Assembly (NCBI GenBank): GCA_030265395.1
Contig: JARFYF010000055.1
Span: 15,800,530 to 15,864,529, forward strand
Length of the DNA: 64,000 nt
Source of the DNA: Rhina ancylostomus
Lineage: Eukaryota
Direction of reading: 5' to 3'
Positions within the stretch are counted from its first letter, which is position 1. The number at the start of each line of letters is the position of its first letter. The notes below the pieces were generated by a model that was not told where the DNA came from, did not search any database, and saw only the letters and a list, made by a program, of their open reading frames with translations. Of this stretch, positions 25,540 through 38,299 are shown piece by piece. The position numbers and the translations under genes are program-made.

Positions 25540-26720
25540 AAACATACGTGATTTTATGGGGTGAAGGAAGTGTTCAGCATGTTTCATCGGTAAAGGCATT
25601 GCTCCCTATTTGTCTAGCCAAGTTTAATTCTCAGGCCCTCAAAAATCAGCTTTTCACCAACCTATTAACCTGGCTTTCATTATACTTAAATTCTTCTCCC
25701 TTACCTTGTAACCCATTACAGCATGCAAGCCCTGCCACAACTGACAGCTGGTTGGGCACTCAATTTTGAACTGGTGTTGTCTCTTGGCATCCTTGATAGC
25801 TTTATGGAGGCTCTATCTTGTTTTCTTGTACAGTTCAGGGTCAACTGATTTGAATGTTGCAGTCCTAAACTTCAGTAGGGAGTGGATCTCCTGGTTCATC
25901 CATGGTTTCTGGTTTGGGAACACCTGGGATAGGAGGGGTTTAAAGGGTTATGAGCCAAACCCGGACAAATAGGACTAGCTTGGTGGGCACCATGGTTGGA
26001 AAGGACATATTGGGCCGAACAGTCTGTTTCCATGATGTATGTTGAAGTATAGTCTGGACACGATTGCTTAGACACCTTGCTTTTACTTTGCTCAGCTGAT
26101 AGGTCCCATAGTGAATCCTTGCTTGCTGGGCTGTTTACATAGTGGGTTAGGAAGGAGTCCTGTATTAATTGTAGGTACTCAGTTCTCTTATTCCTCATCA
26201 ATATCAGGGTTATTGAGGTCCAGGATTATTTCATGCCTATTTCTATGCACAGTTCACCAACTCATCTGCATACTCATCCATCCACCTGCCTTCCGTGATG
26301 TGATGACCTGTATATTATGCCTTTTAGTGCAATTTTTCATTATGTGGCACTGCTCTTTTGTGCTGTTGTTATACTTAGAAAGAACAATTTCTTCACATCC
26401 CACTCTTCTCCAAGTACATTGTCAACACTAATGTTTAATGCTCAGTCTTGATTCTTCTGCCACTGTAGTTCAGTATCCCTAGCATATCTTCTTTCTCCCA
26501 GTCCATTATTTCCTCCAGCACCCAAGTTTAATTTTGGGGACAATGTGTACGGCTCTACAAATAATTTAACTCAATATACCAGTTTCCTGCTTAGTGCTGA
26601 TTCATTATAAAGCTCTTGCTTCACCAGTCTGAATACTCACAAAGAAAGATTAAAAAGCTGATACGGTAAGGGAGAAGATTGATTTTGAGAGAAAAATTGT
26701 GTGAGATATCAAAACTAGGG
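25540..26720 (-). mobile_element. Degenerate CR1 ORF2 5' region, interrupted by a short plus-strand CR1 tail (~25915-26040)
   Basis: EYLQLIQDSFLTHYVNSP..KDSLWDL resembles the CR1 endonuclease C-terminus; insert aagggttatgagccaaacccggac...ttgggccgaacagtctgtttcc. Confidence 0.6.
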
Positions 26721-27470
26721 TATTCTNNNNNNNNNNNNNNNNNNNNNNNNNNNNNNNNNNNNNNNNNNNNNNNNNNNNNNNNNNNNNNNNNNNNNNNNNN
26801 NNNNNNNNNNNNNNNNNNNNNNNNNNNNNNNNNNNNNNNNNNNNNNNNNNNNNNNNNNNNNNNNNNNNNNNNNNNNNNNNNNNNNNNNNNNNNNNNNNNN
26901 NNNNNNNNNNNNNNNNNNNNNNNNNNNNNNNNNNNNNNNNNNNNNNNNNNNNNNNNNNNNNNNNNNNNNNNNNNNNNNNNNNNNNNNNNNNNNNNNNNNN
27001 NNNNNNNNNNNNNNNNNNNNNNNNNNNNNNNNNNNNNNNNNNNNNNNNNNNNNNNNNNNNNNNNNNNNNNNNNNNNNNNNNNNNNNNNNNNNNNNNNNNN
27101 NNNNNNNNNNNNNNNNNNNNNNNNNNNNNNNNNNNNNNNNNNNNNNNNNNNNNNNNNNNNNNNNNNNNNNNNNNNNNNNNNNNNNNNNNNNNNNNNNNNN
27201 NNNNNNNNNNNNNNNNNNNNNNNNNNNNNNNNNNNNNNNNNNNNNNNNNNNNNNNNNNNNNNNNNNNNNNNNNNNNNNNNNNNNNNNNNNNNNNNNNNNN
27301 NNNNNNNNNNNNNNNNNNNNNNNNNNNNNNNNNNNNNNNNNNNNNNNNNNNNNNNNNNNNNNNNNNNNNNNNNNNNNNNNNNNNNNNNNNNNNNNNNNNN
27401 NNNNNNNNNNNNNNNNNNNNNNNNNNNNNNNNNNNNNNNNNNNNNNNNNNNNNNNNNNNNNNNNNNNNNN

Positions 27471-27767
27471 TGAAAGCACATACCACCAGGCTCAAGGACA
27501 GCTTCCATCCCACTGTTATAAGACTATTGAATGGTTCCCTAGTACAATAAGATGGACTCTTGACCTCACAATTTACCTGGTTACAACCTTGCACCTTATT
27601 GTCTCCCTATACTGCACTCTCTGTAGCTGTTACACCTTATTCTGTTATCATTTTACCTTGCACTACCTCAATGCACCGTTGTAATGAATTGATCTGTATA
27701 AACAGTATGCAAGACAAGTTTTTCACCATACCTCAGCACATGTGACAATAATAAACCAATTTACCAT
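27471..27767 (+). mobile_element. Rex1/Babar LINE 3' end (body probably inside the 744-N gap)
   Basis: Encodes KAHTTRLKDSFHPTVIRLLN, like Rex1 ORF C-termini; tail acatgtgacaataataaaccaatttacca. Confidence 0.7.
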
Positions 27768-27825
27768 AGTTAGTTTGGCACAACATTGTAGGCCGAAAGG
27801 CCTGTTCCTGTGCTGTTCTGTTCTA

Positions 27826-29285
27826 AACAATAAAAGTTTCTATGGATATACCAGTAGGAAGAAGGTGGCTAAGGTAGGTGTGGGACCTCTAGAGGATGAG
27901 GCTGGTGAATTAATAACAGGAAACAGAAATAGCAGTTATGTTATATCATTTCTTTTGCATCAGTCTTCATTGTGAAGGACACCACAAATATCCCCAAGAT
28001 GAACTAATTTTAAAATCACAGTCACAAGGGATAAAGTATTAGAGAAACGTACAAGGATAAAGTAGACAAATCACTGAAATGTGATGGTCTACACCCAAAA
28101 GTTTTAAAATGAAATGGCTATAGAGATGAACTCATTGTTTCACTTTCTTTTAAAAATCTTGCTAAATTCCTGGAGGGTTCCAGAAGCTTGGCAAACAGCC
28201 CTTGCTCAAAAAGACGAAGCAGGAAACTATAGGCCAACTCATTTAACATCTATTGTTGGCAAGATGCTAGAGTCAATAAAATAGGAAATAATTAATCATT
28301 TAGAAAATCTGAATATAATCAAACCTAATCAACATGGTTTTAAGATAGGTACATCATGTTTGACAAATTTGCTTTAATTCCTTGAAGATATAACATGAAA
28401 ACTTAAAGACTCTGTAGATGCAGTGTATTTAGATTTCCAGAAGACACTTGACAAGGCGCCACATAAGAGGCAAGTGCATAATTAAAAGCCTATGGTATTG
28501 GAGGAAGAGCATTAAACATGGATTGAAAACTGCCTATCACTTAGAAAACTAAGATTTGGAATATACGGGTCCTTTTCAGGCTGGAGTGATGCAAGTAGCA
28601 GAATAACCCATGATCAGTTCTTGGGCCCTGATTGTTCACTATTTATATTAATGACCTGGAGAAGGGAATGAAATGCAAGGTTCCCAAATTTGCCAATAAT
28701 ATGAAAAGAGATGAAGGGCATGTGTAGTGTGGACATATAGAAAGAGTGATTATATGAAAACCTGGCAAATGGAGTTTAAAGTGGGGAAGTGTGAAGTCAT
28801 GCACGTCAATAAGAGGAAACAAAAACCAGATTATCTAAATGGAGAGAGACTGCAAACAAGTTCAGAGGCATCTAGAAGCCAGCAGCCGGATCCAACAAAT
28901 AGTTAATCAAATGGCATGTTGGCCTTTATTACAAAGGGGTTGAAATTTAAGAATAGGTTTTGTTACTTCTACAGGGTGCTGGTGAGGCCAAACCTGGAAT
29001 ACTGTGCAGAATTTAGATCACCTTACCTTAAAAAAACAGATATAGTAGCAGTCCAAAGAAGATTCACCAGACAAATTCCTGGGATGAGGGTTGTCCTACC
29101 AGGAGAGACTTGATTTGGCTCAGTATTCCTTGGAGTTTAAAATAATGATGAACTATTCAAACATGAGATTCTAAGGGGACAAAGCTACAAAAGTAGGGGC
29201 CAGTCATTTAAAAATGACATGCATTGAAATTTCTTCTAGTAGCGAAGCTCTGGAATTCTCTGCCCCTTATGGAAATGGAGGTTGC
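27826..29285 (+). mobile_element. Degenerate CR1 LINE ORF2 (reverse transcriptase)
   Basis: GNYRP, NQHGF, VYLDFQK..DKAPH, LFTIYINDL, RPNLEYCAEF, VQRRFTRQIPGM remnants. Confidence 0.85.
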
Positions 29286-29939
29286 AGTCCTTCCTCTCCT
29301 TGTCTAACTGTACAGCTCTGCCCAGCTGGACTTTTCTGCATGGTAACAAGCTCAGTGGTCACTGGCTATTGAGCTCATTACCAAAGAGAAATGAGACCCA
29401 AGGATCTGAATGGTCTGCCAACAGACTAAGCAGCCATCGCCAGTCCCTAAAACTGGCCTGCACTCACTGTGCCAGTCAGGGTGGAATGCTGAGCCTCACA
29501 CCTCAGCACCAATCTCAGTGAATGCTATCCCAGTCCTCATTAATTGCCATACCCTGCCACGAGACAGTTCTGGATTAACAACATAGCAGTACCTAGCAAC
29601 AGGAAGAGACGGGGTTTGTAACAGTTTCTTAGCACTGTGGTTTCTGGTATAGTAGTGCACAGCAGCAGAGAGGGCAGGAGTTTACACTAAATTTGTTGCA
29701 ATAATAGCACCTTCTGACACATCTCCCTATAAATAATGTTATAATGACCTCTTTTAGCACCAATTTCATACCACTCTTGTTCCTGCCAACATATCAAAGT
29801 AATAGAATTTCCTACCACTTCCTGGTTAACCCTCATTAGATTCCCTAGTTGCTATGAGCTCCATTCCTTTTTTCTTTCCTTTAGTCCATTTTTCTGTTTC
29901 TATTTAGGCAGTTTACATTTCTTCTACATCCCTCCATAC

Positions 29940-30870
29940 TTCTTATCACTTTGAAGCCTTCAGCACCCTCTCACCTATTTGGCATCTCCTTCCGAACATG
30001 GTTACAAATGCTTCTGCCTCATCTTTAGCAACTATGCCATTGTTGAGGATGGGGGTATTTTTGGAGCTCAATTCTCCCATTTGAACTGCCAGATTTATTC
30101 CGAGTCTATACCGTTAGTATTACTACAGTGCCATACTGCACAATGGAATACATCCTCAGTTTAAAGACAAGACTTTATCTCCACAAGTAGTGCATGGTGA
30201 CCTTTTCTACCAATGTTACCAAAAACAGATTGCACCTGCAACTGGTAAGCTGATGAGGACAACAGCAGGTAGGTTATTTCGTGTTGGTTTATTTGCTACC
30301 TGCCACAGTTCTGGCAGTTATGTCCTTCAGAACTCAGCCAACCCAATCAGTGGTGGCACGACCAAGCCATATGGCGATTGTCACCATGCCCTTGGCATGT
30401 TCATTGTTTCTTCCAAGTGTTGGACAACATGGAAGAGCACTGGCTCATCAGCTGGAAGAGGAAAGCAGGTGGTAACCAGGAAGTTTTCCTTGCCCATGTT
30501 TGAACTGAAGCCAAGAGCCTTTATGGAGCTTGGAGTCAATGTTGAGGAATCCCTAGGCTACTCCCTGCACCTTGTATACCATTACATCTGGTGCATCTGT
30601 TAGAAGATGAAGGTGTCTGCATGTGTCAACAAGCTACGATTCTGTGAATACAACTGTCAGATTCTGGCTTGATTGTGGGACAGTTCACCCATTTTAAATA
30701 AACACTCCTCTGCAGTGACTTTTCCATGTCTGAATTTGATGTCCAAGTTGAGCCAGGTGACCTGCCTTGCTCTATCCTTTTTCTTGTTTATAAAGTTGTT
30801 ATAACAGAGTGGTTTCCTGAGCTGCTTCAAAGGGCAGTTAAGGGTCAACAATATTGCTCCCTTCATATCT
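29940..30870 (-). mobile_element. Old LINE fragment (same family as 38.3-40.3 kb)
   Basis: Minus-strand endonuclease-region remnants; highly decayed. Confidence 0.45.
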
Positions 30871-31494
30871 GGCCAACAAACTCTGTGGCATCAAATGTGG
30901 GATAAGCAACCTACAACCAAGAGGTATCTGTACTATTGTCTGCCATTACTTGATCTCTGGAGAGTATTTACAGATCTCTTTTCTAACAACTCACATAAAT
31001 GTGACAGTTGCTCTAGCACACATCTTGAACATCCAAACTAAATCATAGCATTGCCTAAAAGGCAGTTTGAACCATTTTAACAAGAAAATCCAGAATGTGA
31101 AAAAGTTGGTATCCAGCACCAACTGAACACTGTTTTGAGAGTCTGTTGGGCCAAAACTTTGAACAGGACTACTCCTGCCCATACTATATGCACCTACTAA
31201 TCCCTAGTTTAACTCAGATGTACATGCTCATGTCCAGAAGGTATTATCTAAAACAAATTATTCTGCTCATTTTAGCCAAGTCTTTATTTTGAGGATTAAG
31301 ATAAAATCTGGTCTCAGGCTTTTCTCAAGTACTTTTTATGAATTAGACGCCAAGGCCTAGAGTCGTTCTGCTCAGTTCTCTTTACATTCCTGAGAGGACA
31401 ACAATTACGGCAATATACAGTATCAAACTTATAACTAATCGATGTAATGTTAATACAATTTGTTCTTGCATATGATTTATCTGAAGCTAATGAA

Positions 31495-31835
31495 TATGCA
31501 TTAATATACTTTACAACTCTCATGACCTGAATCAAGTCCTTTTGAAATGCAGTTTGTGATAATGTAGGAAACATGGTAATTGACATGCACACAGCAAAAT
31601 CCTTTAAATCACAATATAATAAAAGACTAAATAATCTGTTTTCAATATGATAGCTGAGGAATAAATATTAGCTGGGATTCTGAATAGAGTGCTCAACTTC
31701 TAAATGATGCTTTTAGTCACCTAAGAGACCAGTCACAGTCTCAGTTCAAAGTTTCAACTGAAGAATGCACCATCCATACAATACTGAAGTGCTAAACTGT
31801 ATAACGTGATCAAGTGTCTCTGGTGGGACTTCTTC
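31495..31835 (-). mobile_element. DeuSINE remnant
   Basis: Reverse complement is colinear with 22070-22340 (aatgtaggaaacatgg, ataatctgttttc, gaggaataaatatt). Confidence 0.6.
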
Positions 31836-31951
31836 TACCATCTGATTTACCAAGACAAAAAACACGAAATCATAAACATGGAAGTTTACGATGTTTCCAC
31901 CATGTTACTACGCTGAAGTATATGCTGGAGTTATAATACCTATGCCATTAC

Positions 31952-32097
31952 CTGCAGAACTATTTGCCATGTTTCCAGCCATGGAATACGGAGAACCCTG
32001 TGGATTCATCATCCCTGCCATACTGTTCATGCCTTGATTGTAAGGTGAGGCAGAACCCATCATACCTCCTTGATTCATAGTTGGGTAAGTAGATTGC
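31952..32097 (-). CDS. ARID1A: ARID1A exon 9 equivalent (146 nt)
   Basis: tttag|G CAA TCT = (R)[48 protein letters not shown]|gtaatg. Confidence 0.95.
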
Positions 32098-32536
32098 CTA
32101 AATGAGAAAAAGGAAATGATAGGGTTATGCACCACCTCTGGTTGATACACAAAAATGGCATATTACAGAAGTTCAAACATCATTACAAAGGACACAAGTT
32201 TTGACTTTGTGGTATAATGGCTGATGAAGAAATTTTTCAGTTTGTGGCACTATATGAAGGTGCAATTCAAATGCTCACATAACTAGGTATCATTCCCATC
32301 TGAGAAATCACAGTGGGCATGGCAAAGGTCAAGAATCCAAACACACTGCACCTCTTCACAACATCCTGCAATAATTCAAATAATTTTAAAGTTGATGGGA
32401 CAACTTGACACCACCTTTCACCTAAAGAAAGTTTAATGTTAGATATTGAGCACAGGAGTAGGTTTCAGCTTCTCAACCCCATTCCTCCATTCAATTAAAT
32501 CCTGATTTATTTGTTTCTTAATGCCTTTTAACCAGT

Positions 32537-32858
32537 GGGTGGTACAGCTAGAAGAGCCGCTCCCCACAGCGCCAGAGACTGGCACTCAATCCTGACCTCT
32601 GGTGCTGTCTGTGTGGAGTTAGCATGTTCTTCCTGTGAATACATGGGTTTTCTCCCGCATCCCAAAGACATTGATAAATTAAGTGGCCACTGTAAATTGC
32701 CCAGTGTGTAAATTAGTGGAAGAATCTGAGGGGAGTGAATGAGAATGTGGGGATAAAAAAGGGGATTAATACAAGTTTAGTGTAAATGGATGGCTGATGG
32801 TCAGTGCAGACTCATTGGGTTGAAAGGCCCGTTTCTGTGCTCTCTATAATTCTATAAT
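32537..32858 (+). mobile_element. HE1-like V-SINE with CR1-derived tail
   Basis: tRNA-like head ggtggtacagctag...tcaatcctgacc, V-domain tgtgtggagttagcatgttct, tail gggttgaaaggcccgtttctgtgctctctataattctata. Confidence 0.8.
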
Positions 32859-34250
32859 CCTTAATGCCCAAATGAACAAAAATCAATCTACAAATTTTGA
32901 ATTTTTCTACCAAGCTGGAGTTTGGAGTAACTAATTCTGGAGTAGTAGAGAGACACTGGCCTTGACTTTGTAGAGTTCCTCTAATCTTCATGGGAAAGGC
33001 TGCACAAAATTAGTCCAAAAGAGACAGTTCTAATTTTTAAGGTTATGCTCCTTGTTCTGAACTCTCCCACTAGATTAGTTTAGCAATCTGCTATTTATAA
33101 GGATGCTAGACAATTTAACAATCATCCAACCCTTGAGAAACAAAAAGTATCTATCCATTTCCTTCATAAACCTCATTAGCATTGATATTCTAAATTTTAA
33201 TATTTTTGAACATTTAGATCTTGTCTTATACTCTAAATGTGGGTTTAGTATATTTGACTTCTGTTAAGATGTTACTCATCTTTACGTGCCTCTCCTCTAT
33301 TCCATCTCTCATTCAGTGTTCAAACAGTAGTTACTATTTCACAGGAACATCAAATTTTTGAGTTATCTGATATAATTGCAAGTCACTGAATCACAGAAGC
33401 TCTGGCAGAGATCTCATGTTATACAGAACTAAACTTTTTAAAATTGTCACTAATGTTACCAATTTTATAACAATAACCGCTGGAACAAAAGGCAAGACAA
33501 ACAAAAATTTTTCTCATGAACATTAAAATAGTTACATAGAGGTATTGCTAAGTGTGACAAGCCATCCATAGTGAAAGATACCAAGTCCAACAGCTGCTTT
33601 CCCCTTCTACTTTACCCATCCTCAGGAACCAAGGAACAGCAGTATTTCGCTTGAAATCTAGCACTGTGCATTTCCGCCTGATACACCACACGTCTCAGTG
33701 ATTGGATGCTCAGCCTGCTTGAAGTTGTTTACTTGTTAGATTTAATTTCTGTGAAATCACACTAATCAATTCCCAGTTCAACTTCAGTCCCAAACCTCCT
33801 CATTACCTTCAGTACAGAAATGGAGACTAATTAGACTTCATACAAAGAGATAGCGAGCAAGCAGGCCCTGTGATGGCAACCACAATACCTTCCACTCCAA
33901 TGCTACATTCTTCGGACAAATTCCACCCAGATATCAAATTCTGAGAGAGATACATTTACATGAAAACTGTAAGAAATAAAAGTTCAAGGATCTTCACTAC
34001 AGACCCATGTCCCACCCCAATAATTTACTCCTGAGCACTTAACTCCCCAGTGTTAACTTTAATCAATTAATGTTCCAGTAATCTGCTCTCAGCCATTTTA
34101 TAAAACAAGCCCAGATTACAATAGCACATCTCATTATAACATGCTCATAAAAAGTCAAACTTTCCAAAATATTAATTCCCTTGAACCTCTCAGTTTGTAC
34201 TTTCCTGATTAATTTTAATCTTTCAGCCATTTGGTCACTGCTACACTTAC

Positions 34251-34563
34251 CTATTCTGTACCGAATTAGCTGCTGCGTGCATTGCAGCAACTGTGTCCTG
34301 AGCCTTGCGGTTCATAGTTGGTGGCGGGCACATCCCTGAGGTCATTTGTGCTGATAGGTTTGCTGTGTTCTGGGTCATGTTGCCTCCATATGGCCGATTA
34401 CCCATCGTGACAGGGCCTATTCTCCCTGGTGGCATCCCAGCGTAAGGTGGTGCTGGACCCTGACCGTGCATTTGGTTGCCAGCAGACATTGCATTCATGG
34501 TGCCTCCCAAACTGTAGTTTGCACTGGACATTGTGTTATAGTTGGGTTGTCTGGGATAGCCTC
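34251..34563 (-). CDS. ARID1A: ARID1A exon 8 equivalent (313 nt)
   Basis: aacag|GA GGC TAT CCC AGA = (G)[16 protein letters not shown]...[21 protein letters not shown](R)|gtaagt. Confidence 0.95.
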
Positions 34564-35349
34564 CTGTTTAAAAGTGTATAAAAAGTAAAAAGTGACTCAG
34601 TTTATCAGAAAAACACAAAATGTTGAAATTAATTAGGTATCAGCTATAGGGAGAGAGAAATCAAATTGTTTCAGCTTAATGAGCTTTCATCAATGCTTTG
34701 CTTTTACCTGAGAAACTGGAGCCAATGTTAACAAGCACATTTCATAAGATCACAGCTGATTTTCTAACAAGCCCACTTTCCTGCCTGATCCCATACCTCT
34801 TGATTCACTTCATTTTTTAAAAAAATGAACACACACAATATCACAAGATNNNNNNNNNNNNNNNNNNNNNNNNNNNNNNNNNNNNNNNNNNNNNNNNNNN
34901 NNNNNNNNNNNNNNNNNNNNNNNNNNNNNNNNNNNNNNNNNNNNNNNNNGTAATAGTCTGCCCACTTATTTCTGTTTCCAAAGTGTACAACTGCACATTT
35001 CTCAACATTGAATCTCATCTGCCATTTCCTAGCCTAACATCTGAACAGTTTTGACCCATGACCTTCTGGTTGAAAGTATGACACTTTGTCATTTGAATTA
35101 TCCAGGTTCAATTAATCCTCAGTGCAGATTTAAAGAACAATATGTGGCTCAATTGTTAGATATTACAGCAGACAGAAAGAAGCCATGATAACTGAAGAAT
35201 GTGAATTAATGATCATCAAATAAATGACTACATTACACTGATCTGCAAAACTACTGCTCATCTTGTAAACTCAAACATATTCTCTTCTTCGCTGCAGCAC
35301 ACTTGATGCTTTAGAGTGAAAGAAATCCAGAATAAACTGCTCGTAGCCT

Positions 35350-35995
35350 AAAAAGCTCATAAATTTGAGGAAATGCAACAAGGCAAAGGAACGTACAATA
35401 GATGAGAGGATATTGATTGGTTAGGAGCAATGGGACCTTGGAACATACGTCCACAGATCCTTAAAAAGGGAGTAGGATAGGTCAAAGGAAAATTTGAAAA
35501 AGCAGATGGGATGCACTTTATTATGAGGCATAGAATACAAGAACAGCGGTTTGCTTTGGTCCTATGCATTGTTCTGGTAATTGCATTCAAGAGGGTGCAA
35601 GTGATATTTACAAGGATGTTGCTGGGAATAGTTGGAAAAGCTAGGGTTATTTTCTTTGGAAAAGAGATGATTGAGGGGAGAGTTAATTATATTATGAGGG
35701 CCAAGATATAGTAACCAGGAAGGACCCATTTGTCTTAGGCAGAGGGGTGAAAAACTGGGGACCAGAGATTTAAAATAATTGACAAGATTAGAGGAGGTGA
35801 GGAAAATATCTTTCACCCAAGTGGTAGGATCCAAAACTCATTGCTTGATAGGGTGGAAACCTTTACACATTTAAAAAGGGTCATGACAGCATAGCTACAG
35901 AACTAGTGGCAAACGTACAATTAGCCCAGGTAGCTCTCTAGACTGGTATGGACATGATGAGCCAAATGGCTTTGTGCTGTAAATTTTTGATGACT
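35350..35995 (+). mobile_element. CR1 LINE 3' fragment
   Basis: KRVQVIFTRMLLG, atctttcacccaagtggtagg, tail gagccaaatggctttgtgctgta. Confidence 0.7.
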
Positions 35996-36219
35996 CTTCA
36001 AGTGAAAATAGTGAACAATGGCATAATAACGAGAGGAAACTCCTTGAAGCACACCTGAATCCAAGTATGGAATTACATATCAGTAAAACAGCAATGCCAT
36101 TATATTGAATTCCAATAGTTTTATCATTGCATGACAATTCACACAGCAAGTGTGTAGTTGTCCAGGTGAATATTTGTATCCACAATTGAATCGGAACACA
36201 TTTTTTTACATGAATGTAA

Positions 36220-37820
36220 CCTAAGAAATAGGAATATGCCATTTGGCCTCTCATACTTGCTGTCATTGAAAAACATGGCTCACTTTCTACCTCAGCACTA
36301 TTTGCCTGCACAAACCCTATATCCATTGATTCTCATAATATCCAAAAATTAATCTTGAATATACTCAAGTGACTGAGAATCTATAGCCCTCTTATTCACC
36401 AACCTCTCCATGACAAAATTCAATCCTGATTGGCCAACTTATTCTTGGACTGTGACCCCTGGCTCTTGACACCCATCAGGGGAACTTTTCCATCAAGCAT
36501 TCTCAGTAGTTTGCACATTTCACTGACATCACCCCTTATTCTTCTAAATTCCAGAGAGTATAGACCCAGTCAACTTAATCCCTCTTCATATGACAAATCC
36601 CTCTCCCTAGGAATCAATCCAGTGAACCTTTATTGCATTCATTTGGTAGGGAGACCAGACTATACAATTTTCAGCTCTGGTCTCACCAAGGCCATATATA
36701 ATCACACAAGATGTCTTCTCCTTCCAACATGCTGTTTGCCTTCCTAACTGCGTGCTGTATCTGCAATGACTTTCAGTAACTCGTGCACAATGACACCCAC
36801 GTTTCAATTTCTCAGTGAACAAGATTTTTTTCTACCAAAGTGGATTATTTCCAAATTATATTCCACCTACCATGTCTTTGTCCATTCACTTGACCTCTCC
36901 ACACTCTCTCCGTGACTTCCTCACAACTCAGTCACCAACCTTAGTATCATCTGCAAACCTGCATATTTTGCTCTTGTTCCATCACCCAGATCAGTGAAGA
37001 AGATTATGCACAGCTGGGGCTCTAGCATCAACCCCAGTGTAATACATTAATTACAGTCTGCCAATCCAAAAATTACCCATTTACTGCTACTTTCTGTCCA
37101 TTAACCAATCCTCAATCCATGCCAATGTAGAATACATGGGACTGCAGGTAATAATTTTGTTTAACAATCTCTTGTGGGCACCTCACTGAAGGCATTCTCA
37201 TTGTCCAAACTCACCATACCCACTGGTTCCCCCTTTTCTATTCTTCTCGTTACAACTTAAAAACTAACAGATTTGTCAATCATAATTTTTCATTCATAAA
37301 TCCATGTTCATTTCACCCAATCCTACTTTCTAGGGGCTCTATTACTAATTGCTTAATAAAGGGTTTAGCACTTCTCCCCTGATACCACTACAAGTTAGCT
37401 GGTCTGCAGTTCCTTGTTTCTCTCTCCCTCCTTTACTAAAATACAGCAACTTCGTTTACCTGACTCTTCTTAACTGGCTCACCCAAAGGGCATTTCACAG
37501 GAAGCTGGATCTAGGGAGGCACAGCAGTAGGGAACAGCTGGCCCTACTTTTGGCTCACCTGTACATTTGTTTACCTGGTACGTGTAAGATAACAAGCTTT
37601 TAATGTAGTGGAGTTAAATTTGCTGCTCCTCAGTTTGAGTCAACTATTCTTGATTCTAGGGAATTTTGGAAGTTAACAGCCAATGCAGCCACTATCCTCA
37701 TCATCAACCCTTTCAAAATCTCAGGATACACATCATCAAATCCTGGCAATTTACTGCCTTTCCACTCCATTAATTTCTCCAATATACATTTATTAAAAGC
37801 AATGACTATTTCATTCAGCT
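36220..37820 (-). mobile_element. Degenerate CR1 LINE ORF2 with 3' tail
   Basis: Minus-strand PGFDDVYPEILK, FQNSLES, FADDTK (ttagtatcatctgcaaa), ENCIVWSP; tail ctaagaaataggaat. Confidence 0.8.
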
Positions 37821-38028
37821 CCTCTAAACCTGTTGTTACTAGTTCCAGAAGGCTGTGCATCTTTCTGTGGTTTTATTGCAAACATGTTGACATCTTGGAA
37901 GACTAGCAGCTCATCAATTAAATGCCTTTCCTTCATCATTTGTATGCAAGAGAATTGTATTAATTCACAATGCTGAAATTTCAATTCTCTTGCAATCAAA
38001 TTTTTTTCACAAAAAACATGAAACTTAC

Positions 38029-38196
38029 CTTGAGGTCCATACTGAGCACCTTGAGGTCCATAATTTCCAGAGTTATTCTGCTGATATGGGCTCATTCCAG
38101 CATGCATCTGGCCTCCAGATGACTGACGTGGGGACAATGCTGACCCTGTTTGTGGGGAGTTGTATTGAGGCAGTTGGGGGGGTCTCTGCATGTAGC
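38029..38196 (-). CDS. ARID1A: ARID1A exon 7 equivalent (168 nt)
   Basis: ttacag|GC TAC ATG CAG = (G)[34 protein letters not shown]...[11 protein letters not shown]|gtaagt. Confidence 0.95.
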
Positions 38197-38299
38197 CTGT
38201 AAAGGGATGAAAAGGCAAAATTCTGTGACAACAGAATATAGCTGATTAAGGGTTACATCTTACTGTGAAAGTAATTTATGAGGAACACCTTACCATCAT

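Noticed and set aside
26621-27594. 250-314 aa ORFs
   Set aside because: Artefacts of translating the 744-N gap.
38028-38062. 13-nt direct repeat ccttgaggtccat
   Set aside because: It encodes the YGPQG peptide repeat of exon 7; not a CRISPR-like or mobile repeat.
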